This document shows positions 26,391 through 39,300 of a stretch of DNA of 64,000 nucleotides, piece after piece. Position 1 is the first letter of the stretch. Each line of letters starts with the position of its first letter. The position numbers and the translations under genes are program-made. This DNA is from Psammoneis japonica (Eukaryota), in contig QPGO01000092.1 of assembly GCA_008632985.1 (NCBI GenBank), forward strand, positions 186,001 to 250,000, read 5' to 3'. Below the pieces are notes generated by a model that saw nothing but the letters and a program-made list of their open reading frames with translations, searched no databases and had not been told where the DNA came from.

Positions 26391-27125
26391 TCCAAGAGGA
26401 TCTCATAACTGCCGGTGCTCCACTGCCCTTGTGTAATACACAGTCATGCTAGAAACTGAGTACTGCACATTTTACGTAAGTCGTTTGTTCAGCCAGGTCT
26501 ATGATAGGGTCTCAGCTAGGGCCGCGGCCGGTACCCTATCTTCAACAGCGTGTCATGGTATAAATCATGAATCGGAAGTTGCATTCGTTAACTAAGAGCT
26601 CTGTTACTGCACCCAAGAGAGGTGACTACCTCATTCACGACCGCGTCTTGCACGTCAGATCTGCTGCATCCACAACCACTTCGATTTTAGATGATTTGTG
26701 ACTAGAAGATCAAATTTTTTGAAAAATGTGAGGTGAAAAGAGAACAGACGTTGAAAATATATCATAGGGAATCTGTTGGTTGGAGTATCTGCTTGAAAAA
26801 TAATTTACTATTCAAAGCTTGATAAAGTCATAACGGAGACACATAACTGTCGGTCTAACAATGTCAGTAGAATTCTACCTGCCAATTTTAGTCGCACTGG
26901 GACACGAACGGCTCTCGCATTCTAACGTTAAATATGTATGCAGACCGTAGGCAAAAATTTAAAACGCACGAAAACACAATCTTCAGATCTGAAAGACGTT
27001 ATTAACATCTATCAGTCCTGTTTTCCAACCGACGGCACATGAAATGAAATTTCAGAAACAGCATGTTTTTTGAGTGACTGACCGCCCCTCGAGAACAAGA
27101 GCACGCTACTGTAGAGCGAGTGTTT

Positions 27126-28365
27126 ATGGCACCACGTTGTGTTCTCCATCTACTAGCTAGCAGCGGACCTTGTACATTGCATCATGAGAAAAACAACAGA
27201 AGAAACCCCCATAAGTAGCCCCACATTGGGTGGTGGTCCGGTGTATATCGAGTACACAAACGTGGGAGGCGTAGACTTCCCATCAGCATATAAATGTTCG
27301 GAATTTGAAAACAATCCAGGCGCTGCAAAGGAGGTTGTTCTGGACTACTTTTATGATTTAGCATTTGTCGCAACCGAAATGGTTGAAGTGCCAGTAAGGC
27401 TTGTTGAGACGAAGCTTTTGGATGAGGTGGCGATTCATTACAATCTGGCTAATGGCTATAGCTGTGTGAGAGAGACACCCAAAGACTCAATGCGGGTAGT
27501 GTCATTATCATCGCTACCTCTTGATGAACCCAACACATCTATTGGTAAGCGGAATCTTTTGTTAGCAAATTATGGCTGCAATTATGCTTGAGTCTCAAAT
27601 AGCATTTCGCGCTGTTCTTCTTTTTAGACTCCAGAGCTCCCTGTATAGAATTGTCTGTAGACAGCGGGGAGAAGCATGCAGAACTATTGCCGGCAAGATC
27701 ACGTTAGGTGTCGTGGGTGCTCCGGATGAAGAAGAGTTTGCTCAATTCTTAAAGGCAGTCATGAACTCGGGCCTCGTTACCAAAGGCACCACAAGTCAGG
27801 CCAAGTTTCTGGGAACAATGCTCGATTCTTCACTTTTGGAGGCAAGGAGGAGTTGCCGAATGCAATCAATGCTGAAGAACCGGTACAACAACCGAAGGAT
27901 GAAAAGGTGACTCCAGAAGGCGTGATTTTCGTAATGGGGCTGGTAGCTGCGTTTGTTGCACTTGTGGTCATTGTCGCTTGGCGCATCCGGAGTCGTCGTC
28001 GACGAGACAAGGCGGCCGCTGTAGGCCAAGCATTGGATCACGCAGAAAAGGGTCCTGATTCCAAAACCAAGGAAGTGAATGATGATGAGCTGGGAATGAC
28101 ACTCTCACACAGCTTTGATAACCCCGAAGATCTTCCACCGATACCACTAGAATTTACGAATACCTATTCGTTTGAAATGGGAGATATGCAAAAGCTCGAA
28201 ATGCTTGGCCTTCATGGTGGAGGTGTTGTAACTAGTGCCGGGGTACCACCAGGTGCCGAGGCAGCTGGTGAAGTATCTGATAGTGATGTCGATAGTTGGG
28301 CTCAGACAGATGCTAGCCTGGGAAGCATTGAACTGAGGCTTGAGCCAATTACTGCGGAGGTATAA
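27126..28365 (+). CDS. Single-pass membrane protein of unknown function
   Basis: Extracellular Cys-containing region (LDYFYDL...SLSSLPLD), intron at ~27545, TM VIFVMGLVAAFVALVVIVAW then RIRSRRRR. Start codon uncertain. Confidence 0.6.
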
Positions 28366-29187
28366 GCGAGCTTTCTTCTTTTGACGGGAACCAGCCGCAA
28401 ATTCAATGCAGATGCTAGTACAGCTATTTTTTCGCTGCTGCACTGCATTGTCGTCTTGGAAAGGATCCTCTTAGCTAGTCGTACTTAACAATGTGCGTTC
28501 GCCGGCTGCAGTAGTTTACAGCTGCCTTTAAAATTCATAACTTATTTGTTAAGATCCACAAAGCACAAGAGTCGTCCTAAAGCTAGCCGTCTCGTCTCGT
28601 TCTTCTCCTGAAGAAGAGAGATTGGTGACCAACACTGGAGTTTATGTAATTTGGCTCCCAAGTTTCTGCTACTAGCTAGCTACGGTAGTTGTAGATCGCA
28701 CAGTAAAACTAAGCCGCTTCGTCCCCGACAAAAGCGCGAAATGGCCGGGCAATTATCGGGTGTGATATAAAATTATTCAATATCTAAGGTACTCTATTGA
28801 CATATTTTTCCAGTTTCTCAAATGAATGTATCTAGGTATTGTAAAATCTCTTATTCGGTCAATTATTTTAGCCCCGAATTTTATCCAAAAACGGTCCTCT
28901 TAGTTATTCGAGTATAAATAAATTTCAATGAATATCAGGAAAATGGTTGTTGCGCCCGCGGAACGTTACTTTCCGTTAACGTTGTTGATCGACATTTCCG
29001 TCACATTTTTTGGCAACCGACATGCACCAAACACACAAAGAAGCCAAAGCACACGCAAAGGCAACGACACAAAACAAGTGGTGCGGCCTTCTCGTTCTAA
29101 TAAGACGAACCTGTTCAAACTAGCTGCTGTGACGATATCTTTTGAAGCGACGAGGGAGAATCGTAACTGTGTTCTGCCCCTCTGTGA

Positions 29188-30790
29188 TTGCGGAGTTGTT
29201 TGATTCTTCTCGTGGTGGCGTCTCACACAGAAGACCAAATGGCGCTGTGGAGAGGAGGATCTGATGGCGCTTCCAACGATACAGAGGACTATCACCCTGA
29301 TTTGACGATCAAAAATGGATACCCTATCCTTTATGACTGCTCAGATAGATTGGTGGAAGGAGTCCCGTCTGAATCCATATCGTTCACGTTTGATTACGAA
29401 GTGACGATGGTCCAGGACCTTGATTTTGTGGATACTATGCGGCATCTTGAATGGAGCATAATGTGGAATACCGTACAACTCATGGGATTCAAAACATGCG
29501 ATTTTTCAAGCCAGCACATGGGAGGCCGAAAGCTGCAGCTCAGAAGTCATCGAAGTCTATTAGACAGTTTCGTGTTCAGCGTGGGGAGCGACGAGAAGGA
29601 CGTCATTGATTGGAGGGCTGGTAAGTGGGCAAAAACCCTGATAAAATGATGAAGACGGAAATACCATTGAGATAACTTATCTTTCAAATGCTCTTCTTCT
29701 GCTATCCATAGGTGACTGTGGAGGTTACGTTCCAAATGGCATGGTGTGCACCCCGATGAAGGGAAAGATGAACGCCAACTACGTGGGTAGCGATGCGTCG
29801 GAAATCGAAAACTACCTTCTCAGTCAGGTCGAATCTGCAATGGGGAAAAAGGAAGTTCTTGTCGTGGGCGTCGAGTCTGTGACCTATGTCGGCGTAAGAG
29901 TAGAGAGGCCAGACTTACCACCAGATTGGACGGAGACGGAGAAGGAAGACCCTAACCCGGCAAAGGGCAAGAGCCTATTACTCTACATCGTTGTCGGAGT
30001 AGTAGCGTTTGTCGTGTTTCTTGCCATTGTTGCGATTATCATCATGCGGAGACGAAGAAGGATAAGAGATACAAAGGCAAAAGTTGAAGAAATTCCATCT
30101 AAGCCGGTACCCACCGACGTCACAGAGGCTGACGCTGGTTCCTTTCCCGCGGCAACCCTAGATGTGGAGCAACCTTCAGAAGCCAAGAACGCCCCAGTGA
30201 TCGAGACACTCTCTACAACATCCAACACGCGATCAGTCGATGCAGCGACCGAAACAGAGATTGTGGGACCAGCACGTGATTCTGAGATCCCGTCTCCGAA
30301 GGAGGAAGACGCTACACTTGTCGAAGCTGCACCAGAGAAAACATCAATCGAGACAGTGCCCAAGTCGCGATCTCGCGCATCTCGTTCGACAACAAATATT
30401 CCAATCGCCACCCAGCGGCGACGGCGAAAGAAGAAGAAAAAGCGAAAGAAAAGGGTAATAAAGCCAATCGAAAAAATGGAGTCCATCATCGAGGAAAATG
30501 AAGAAGACGTTCAGTCAGAGTGCGACTCTGATGAGTGGACTTACTGCTCAACAGATGACGAAGACAACAGAAATATTTCGAGATCATCCTCCATGAGCTC
30601 TTTCATATCGGAAATATCAGAAGATGATTGGCTTACGATCTCATCCACCGACGAGACTGAATCCAAGCCATCTACAAGTCTGCGTTTAACTGAAGCAAAT
30701 CTGAAGAAACAAGCTGCGGCGACTGAAGAGGAAATAGGCGATAAAGCTGAGAAGAAAACGATCAAGCCATTGCCACCCCCTTGGCTATAG
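29188..30790 (+). CDS. Single-pass membrane protein, likely paralogue of the upstream gene
   Basis: FTFDYEV...SVGSDEKD region, intron at ~29621, TM followed by RRRRR, and a cytoplasmic poly-Lys/acidic tail. Confidence 0.62.
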
Positions 30791-30973
30791 AGAAAATTAC
30801 ATACTGTAAAAACAAAGTAGTAGAATGACGCGCTGAAGTAGAGCACACGCGACTTGCTCACTATGTGCGGAAACGACACCCATAAGATGATATAAAACTG
30901 ACTAAGGAAATGTTCGCTGCGACAAAACATAGTTGTACACGATTGGAAATATTACAGGTACAACCGAACTGAG

Positions 30974-32691
30974 TCAGCTTACATCAATTGGTCTGCCACA
31001 TTTTAACCACGTGTCAAACTGTGACGAGAACTTTAACCGAGGCGCGTTCTCGGATTTGAATTCGATGTATTCGTCGAAATCAAAACCCATCTTTTTGCAG
31101 AAATCTCTATCTGTCGCGCCAACAAGCACATGAAGAGGAGGAAGCTTGTTCAAAGCACCCGAAGGGGGCTGCCATTCCTTGGATGCGACATGGTGCCATC
31201 GAGGCAACAGCCTGCTGAATAGCGAAGCGGCAATGTACCGTCCCGGAATGTTATGCGACAGAGCCTCAGTGTCATTGCATTTCTTCCAATCCTCATCCAA
31301 ATATATATACCCTGTACGGTTAAAAAAGCTGATGGTTGGCTGAATATTCCCTTCCAAACTCAATGTGAGAACGTTAGGGTAGTCTTTCAATCGTTTCGCC
31401 AAATCAGCATTCTTGTCTTCCTCGACTGACCCATCAGCCAAGACAATTTCTCCTCCATCAAATTGAACTTGCGGAGACTGGCATCCCCACACAATTGCCA
31501 AAAATTCAACTGTAGGGATTATGTTGTCCCTAAGACTGAGCGAAAAGACAGCAGGAGCTCTTAGCGCTATCTTTGCTGCCAGCGAACTGCGATCGTCAAG
31601 GCGTGGAACAAGCTGATCAATAGAATTGAAGTAGGCAACCTTCGTTTCGAGATTCTTCATGGACAACGCCAACAGTTGAGGGTGTCCCATTAGGCACCTA
31701 CGTAATAATTTTCTTTGCTCTTTTTCATCACACTCAGGATTGAAGGGATCGCTAACGATCGACGATAAGTAACTTAAAGTCGGCTTCAGGTTGAGCTCCA
31801 CAGATAGTCCGAGAATGCCTGGGCTCGATTTGACAAGGCTGGCAACGTCACTCTCATCTAAATCACAGCTCTCCTTTAGGAATGCAATCCTTGGTTCAGA
31901 TTTTCTTTGACTGAAAGGTTGGCTAAATATGTGTGCGAAACAAGGATTTTCCCCAGGATTTGATGTGACTGATTGATAGAGAACCCGCCTCTCCGCATTA
32001 TTCCCTCCAAGAACTTGACCATGGAACGAACCTTGGCCAAGGGAAGTTGAAAGAGTAATGTCTTTTTCAACTTATCAATGGTTGACTTGGAGAGTTCAAG
32101 GTCATTCTGAAGAAAGGCTTCAAGCTTCTTGTTCTCCCCGCCTCCTACTACCCCGCTAGTTAGAAGCAAGGCTGGATTTCTCGAAATGGCCTCTTGAAAA
32201 AGCGCGGGAGTGTATAATTGTTGCAAGAACTCTGCAGTCGGCTTCAATGAGCCATTGACATCCTTACGCAAAATTCGGGGAGAAGATTGTAACACAGTGC
32301 ACACGACTTCAGAGGGAAACAGGCTGTTTAAAAATGAAACAACCTCGCTGACCTGAGTAGTAGTCAAGGCGTCCTTTGCGCGGTAAACATAATTTCGGGT
32401 CTTTGTCCATTCTGCCGGTGATGTAAACCTGCCATCGATCGAGTTACAATTGGATATGATCAAGTTCATGATTTTTCTCACTTTCTGGTTCCCCTGCTTT
32501 GTCTTGGGTCTAGAATCGACGTCCATCGAGGGACTGCTCCTCGCTTTTCGGCCGCTCCGATGCCCGCTAGCAGGTCGAACTGAACGATGTGCAAGGAACG
32601 CAGATTCGGGGCGGAAGCCACTTGCCTGTGAAATAGCCCAGAGCCAAAATAGCACAAAGAAGAGAGACAATGCTCTTATGGTCGCGCTCAT
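30974..32691 (-). CDS. mTERF-domain protein, probably plastid-targeted
   Basis: Repeated P-x-(I/V)L-x-LS-x-E-x-N-(L/I)-x-P-T-x-x-FL motifs, signal peptide plus SGF leader. Frameshift at ~31880. Confidence 0.82.
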
Positions 32692-33268
32692 GCTTTCAGA
32701 ATTTATCTCGGGTAGTCTACGTATCACGTGTTCACTTAGCGAGACTCAGTTTCGTGCGTAAAGTTCCAAAAGACAGCGTCAGCCTCCATCAATTACTTTG
32801 ATTTCTCCTAACGCCTCATTTGCCCCAATAACTCCTGAGGGGTGAGGCAGAATCGACTACAGTTACCCGACACGCCGCCATCGTCTTCGAGTTTTGGAGA
32901 TGATGTTGGGTCCGCGTCATTTAGTTGGTCGTCAAGTTGAAGTTGGAACGCGGAAGGACGGACAGAACTTTTGCTCCTGGGTGTGAAACGAACTTGAGAA
33001 GTACCATACCGAAATTCCTCTCCCTCTACTCTCTAAGAGCTACTCTCTACTCTAGCGTAGAGCTCTAGCTAGAGAGTACCTATTCTTAGCTAAACATTCC
33101 GATTAGCAAGTACTTCAATCACTCGCGACAACAAACCAACATCCAAACACAGACAATGAGGCAAGCTTGCTAAATATGCTTTACTTGAGCTTTCTAGAAA
33201 TGGAACAATTTGTCTCATTCACTCTTTTCTCGTCCGAGAATCCCGAATCTCGGCAGTGGAACCGCGTT

Positions 33269-35548
33269 TCATGTAATGGAAAGCAGCGGTACTTCCCCGT
33301 CCATGTCGGTATCTCTTGGACTCGCCTCATCATCGTTTTCTTGAGGTGGTGGATCATCTACAGCAACTGGTCTTTCCCCATCTTCCTCGTTGCTTTCACC
33401 GTACGCAAGTGTGTCGGCAGCTTTGACAACCTTTGGACCATGCCAAAGGGAACTCAACTCGTTTCTTCTCCACCCCAGAAATACCATGGTGCCCAAACAG
33501 CACGGCACAAGATAAAGAAGCGCAGGCTGGCCCATTTCCATTAGATACACAGCAGCGTTCGCCATAAAGAGGCCGATAGCATAAGCAACCACGACCGGCG
33601 CAAAGTAGCCGCCATTGCAGAAACTACTCAAGCCTCCAAAACACTTGCGTTCCGGGCATGTGTTTGAGTGAATCATTCCGTGACCTCCTCCACCAAGCCC
33701 AACAAGGTGCTTTGCAGCATCCAAGCGAGACGCAAAACTAAGAAGCAGTCCAGGAAGCACAATGTCACCGAGCCCAAGTAGGCTAGAGCCTCCGGTGAAA
33801 TCTCCGATACGTGGGATTGTAAGTAGCATGGGCAATGGATCTCCACCCTGACAATTGGGGTCATCAGGATACTTCTCGCACCACAATGCATCCGCCTTGG
33901 GAGGTCCACCGCTGGTTGCGACATTGACCATGACCGATTCGCCGTTGAAAATGAGAGGCGTCACGAAAACGAAAAAGATATCGTAGAAGAATGCCACCAG
34001 CAACAAGATCGACGCGACCCTCATGCTGTTGAGCTTGATGATGGACAAAAACATGATACACATGCAAGCGCCAAAGAGATCCTGCGTCACCCAAAAGAAG
34101 GTAACCTGCTCTGGATGCCTCACCACAAAGGCAACGACAAGCCACGCAAGACCCAATCCATATCCCAGAATCACAGAAAACAGTTCAAACCTAGATACAG
34201 TTCCGATATCAGCAAAGGTGGTGTGAAAGGCTTTACGATCTCGAATTTGCAACTTGCGTCCTGCCCTTTCCACGAGAGGGTAGGTCAGGACTTGCGTTAC
34301 TGCTCCAGAACACCTGTAGTAAAGGTCAAGAATGACGATAAAAGGTAAGTCATCCATAGTACAGTTTCAATTCGTTATACCAAACGGAATCACTACGAAT
34401 ACTCACCCAAATGCATACATAACCTTGACGACGTTGTAGATCTTGAAAAAGAAAAGGATGAGGAGTCCAGAAGACGCCATGATGATGAAACCAAAGGCAT
34501 GGCTGGCACTCAATTCTAGCGTTTCCGATGACTCGGCATGCTGGTACGTAGGACGCTCGCGGGATGATGCGGACAAGGCATCCCCATTACCTGAAGTATT
34601 CCGACCATGTTCGTCTTGTGGTACGGCTTGTCCCTTGATGATTTGGCTGGCAACGTTGCGGTAGTCGGCGGCCGAGAGATATGCTGCCAGCGCAGCGACA
34701 AAGACTCCAAGACCCCATATAAGAAAGGCTGAAAGGTTGTACATTGGTCGATACCTAGTGTAGAGAATCACTTGCACTTCTGAAGTAGACATGTCCTGCA
34801 GCAACTGTTGGCCTTGTTCCATGGTGACATAGACCGCCGGAATGGTCACGTCCGTTGAGTTGAAAGTTGCGTCGGCGTAGAGATAAATGTGTAAATCCCA
34901 AGCACAACAAGCTTCTAGCTTCCCACCTGATGTTGTTTCGCCTGTCAAAAGACACGACTTGGAAGCACAGCTTGCCAGCTCGTCGTCGGAATTGGCCAAG
35001 CAGAGATTTGAGTCGGACGAACCGGAAAGAAGTGGGTCATTCTGCTTATCATTGTAGGGGAGCGGATCAAACGAGATTTCTGACTCATCAATCTCCGCTC
35101 TTCCCTTCTTACAGTCATAATCATAAGAAGGTAGCGGGTATACAATGTCATCTGTCGTGTACGTATGATCTGTTTGATTTTCGTACTTTGTCGTGTTGAG
35201 GGAGTAGCGACTCGCTAGAGTTCCATAGACAATCACACCCGAAGCTCCCATTGCTTGAGCATTCTTGGCCTTTAGTTCAAACGTGCATTCCCCTCGTGGA
35301 ACCATCAAGATCGCTCCGTCGACATTGACTCCTTGGGTTTCGTTGCAGAGAAGCGAAGGTGCAGCCTGCAACGAGCGCACCAGATTATTCTTGGCCTCCA
35401 TCTTTGGGTACGAACCGAAAAAGGCCTGAGACGCCAAGAGTGTGTATGGTTCGGCCTTGCCTGGGCGCACATCGATAGCAGCCGTTTGCAGAACCCCTTG
35501 TGCTGTCTTCAGCAGCGACAAGAAGCCCACAGCAAAAAGAAACGTCAT
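33269..35548 (-). CDS. SPPL2: Signal peptide peptidase-like 2 (A22B aspartic intramembrane protease with PA domain)
   Basis: Signal peptide, PA domain (RGECTFELKAKNAQAMGA), catalytic YD (FFYDIFFVF), LGLGDIVLPG and QPALLYLVP. One intron near 34320-34405. Confidence 0.93.
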
Positions 35549-36329
35549 TCTGGGCAGTTCTCGCAGTTTCTGAGGGATGGGTCGACTCGTGCGATATTCT
35601 TATGTCGTTTTTCTGAGCAGCAATTGCGAAAAAAATGAAAAATCAATTGCTCAAAATCGAAGCAATCTCTTAGCGATATAGTCTGATACGAAAAGCAACC
35701 TGCAGTTCTCGAAGTTATTGATCGGTCTACGAGTAGCTGCCTGCGTTGCTAAGGGCAAGTCGCTGTAATGTAATGCTCTTTGTTTTCTCTGTCGCAATAG
35801 TTGAGTCGAGAGTCGTTGCGAGATCAAAATGTTTCGGCTATGTACTGTAGCTTCCCCGTATGTTTCTACGTTTTGTGTCCTTGCTACTGACGGTCATCAC
35901 GTAGACCGGACGGCGGTCAGTCACTAAGTTCCAACTGCCGCCGACCTCATACAAATCTACGTGATTTGTACGCGAATTTGAAAATTCGACAGACCTGGGA
36001 GTGCGCAAGCGCGGACGGAGGACAGAGCCCTCGAACTCGAAAATTCAAAATGGCGTTCGCACAAAGTTAGTTGATGCTCCACGGAACTTTTGGCAAGACC
36101 AGCGAAGTACCGGCACTAGTAGCTGGGAGGGGTGTGCCACAACTTTACTCGATGGATCCGTCATAATGTACCGTAGTCATGAGACAGCCGAGCTGCATAA
36201 CGCTAAAACGTAAAGTGCTGTCGCGCTTCGATTGGCCTTACTACTGTACAGTATCGTCGATCGTCGGGACTGTTCGCCTGACGTTGATGACTGAGCTTTT
36301 GTCTTTTTCTGAATCTATATAAGTTTCTA

Positions 36330-39300
36330 CTAGCCATTGAAAAGCTCGTCAAGTTCAAATTCTGAGCGGAAGCTTCGACGATTCGGGCACACTTTGCTCA
36401 ACAAATTCTTCTTTTCTACTCCAGCCCACTGTGAAATTGCTGGCCAGATTTGATCAAAGGAAGTAGTAGGTAAGATACGACCGCGACCCAAATTCAGCGG
36501 GCCGTTCTCTGAAAAATCCTTTGGATACTCTCCCAAGATTCTCCCGCCCTTGACAGAACCGCCTAGCATAAAGTAATTTCCACCCCATCCATGGTCAGTT
36601 CCGCCTCCCGAGTTCGCGCTCAAAGTTCTTCCAAAATCAGATACCTGAACTACCGTGGTACTGTCGTATACTCCTTGACTCTTCAACTCGGCAACAAAAG
36701 ATCCAATCGCATCGTTAAGCTCGGCGAAGTTATTTGCGAGGCCTTCCGCTAACCCCGTATGGTGGTCCCAGGTTCCATGTTCCAGATAAAAGACATCCGC
36801 ATTCCTTCCTCTTACTTTGCGTGTTTTGATGAGTCTGGCAATGATCTCGAACTTTTTTCCCAAGTCAGATTCACCAAAATCCTGGGTCACGTCTGTTGCC
36901 TTTAGAGCTTGATACAAGTCTTCGTTCTGGTAGAGGGATTGGAGCAAAGAGGTTGACCACGTACTGGCCATAAATCCGCTGTCTGGTTTTGTCGCATTGT
37001 TGAGGTCACCCATGGCTCGTTCCATTTCAGATTTTGTCATGGTGGCGGAACCAATTGGCATGAACCGATTGACTCCGGTGTTGCTCAACGATATCGGCGG
37101 ATCCGACACTCCCTGCTTGCCGACCAAAGCAATTGAACTGGTATCAATTGATATGGATGCTACCGATTTTCCTGAATGAGTCAAGGCGTTTGCAAGTCTT
37201 CCAAGAATTCCTGTTCCGACCGCTTCACGATACAAGTCTTGGGTGCGCATCTCAAACGTCTGTGTATTATGCGCAAAGAGTTGTGTCGGCGTGTCTGCTT
37301 CATACGTTTCCTTCGTTGTGGGCTTTCCAAGGACCCCCGCATTGGCAAAGAAAACCAAGTCTCCATCTTTGTAAAGCTTCTGCAAGTTGGGTAACTTTTC
37401 GTGCAGTCCAAAGGTGTTGCATCCAGCTTGGTTACCTGCCGGTATTGAAAGCAGTCTCTGCTGCGACAAGCGTACAGAGCCTCTCGCTCTAGCATATCGC
37501 GAATATGCGTCAGCCCCATTGTGCACTCGGCAATTGTTTGGGACGAGCATGTTGAAAGAATCGCATCCTCCGTCTAACATGAGCATCACAATCGCCCTGT
37601 ATTCATCCTTGTCAACCGCCACTTTTCCACCAACCTGTTCTCTCCCCGTTCCCTTCAACTTCACGGTGTTGGTTGTGTGAAACTCGGGCGTGGTCGTGAT
37701 GAGTTGCTGTGCCACGCGCAAGGCGGTATCTGCATCTGATTGATAGAGGGCGTCTTCGTAAGCCTTGGCGATGACCTTTCGGCTTTGGACACCAAGGCGG
37801 CCGGATGTGAGTAAGGTAGCAAGCTCATTCACGACGCTCTGTGGGTTGTTTCCGCTCGGTTTATATTTTAACACACCGGTGGAGTCGGCAAAGTTGCCGT
37901 CATCCGTGCAAATCCTCTCTCTGAATTCCTGTGAATCAAAGCCGAAGCCATAAGCGCACGATGATAGCCCGTACTTCACGAGGGAGTGCAAACCATTCAC
38001 GAGATTAATATTCTTTGCCATCTGCTCCAAGGAAACAAGTATTTGAAACAAAATGCTGAGCAAAAGAAACGAAACAAAAACAGCGAGGGAAAATCAGGGT
38101 GCGAATACGTACATCTAGGAGCTGAGCTTCTGGAGCTACAAGTGATGCGCTCGATACCGGTCCTTCAGGCGCGAACTCGCTGATAGAGAACCAAGCCAAT
38201 GTCATTATTCGTGAGCAATGATTACAACGTTGCACTTGGATCTGTACGAGTCCACAACTTACCTGTGAAAGAAGCTAAAAACGGATTGTTGCTCGTGAGC
38301 CATCTGGCCAATGAACATGTTCATGTGTTTGAAAATAGCCTGAGGAGCAGGAACGCCATCGCGAGGTTTTGGTTGGAAATCCATGCTCCGCATCATGCTA
38401 ATCACCCTTAGGAGAGGCTCTCTGATGGATCCGTGGGACGGGTCTGAGTCGAGAATAGCTGATCGAGCTTCTCTGTCAAGTAGAATGCACGCAGATGTCG
38501 CAGATAGGTCCCCGTACTCTGCTTTACCGAACGAAAGCCCTGCAGACTTGTAAACCCCGGTCCGAAAGGCTGCTGAGCACTCAGCAACATATCGCGGACT
38601 AGGATTCGAGATACCAAATCGCTGAATAAGCAATGTGACCAAGAACGGGGGAGTGTTTGGATGGTACAGCAAGTGCTCAAGCAAAGCGTCCACTTCGTAC
38701 ATGACATCCCGAACGTTGGTTTCTGAAGGTATGAGACTCATAAAGTGAACGGGGTTTCGAAATGAAAATCCCCCTTGGACCTGCACAATCGATCTAGCAT
38801 TCTTCAAAAAACGAGTGCGGCCGGTCGAGTCCTCGACTTCGAATATTGTATCGGCCCCCATCCTCGAATACCTTGTGTGTACAGTGATGGAATCATTCAG
38901 TCTCGTTGAGGCATACGTACCGCTATCGAAGGAACTTGGGTCAGGCGCCCCAATATGCAAAGCTGAGAGAATTGAGTTCACATTGTTGGGGTTGCTGGAA
39001 AACACCATGGTTTCTTCGACTTGAGTATTGCATAAGCAGTTTTCCCCGTCAATCATGGCACATTCACCACAATTGTTAAGCGATGCTTTTGGAAACCCGT
39101 TAGCCCAAACCACCTTGAAGAAATTGGTCGTGCTCTCATCAACATGGCGCACCTTGCCGTTGAGAACGGGCACGTCGTGGACAATGGCCACTTGGCCACG
39201 TGGGCTGACTTTCACCTTTATTTTGCATGGAGTTTTTGCCCAGTGATAGACAACATTGTTTTGGTACGACTCTGACCCCACATCCACCCTTTGATACTCG

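Noticed and set aside
33015..33095. ctctag/tagctag-rich intergenic patches (also ~28670 and ~55840)
   Set aside because: Short low-complexity sequence with no consistent motif or spacing that I can support.
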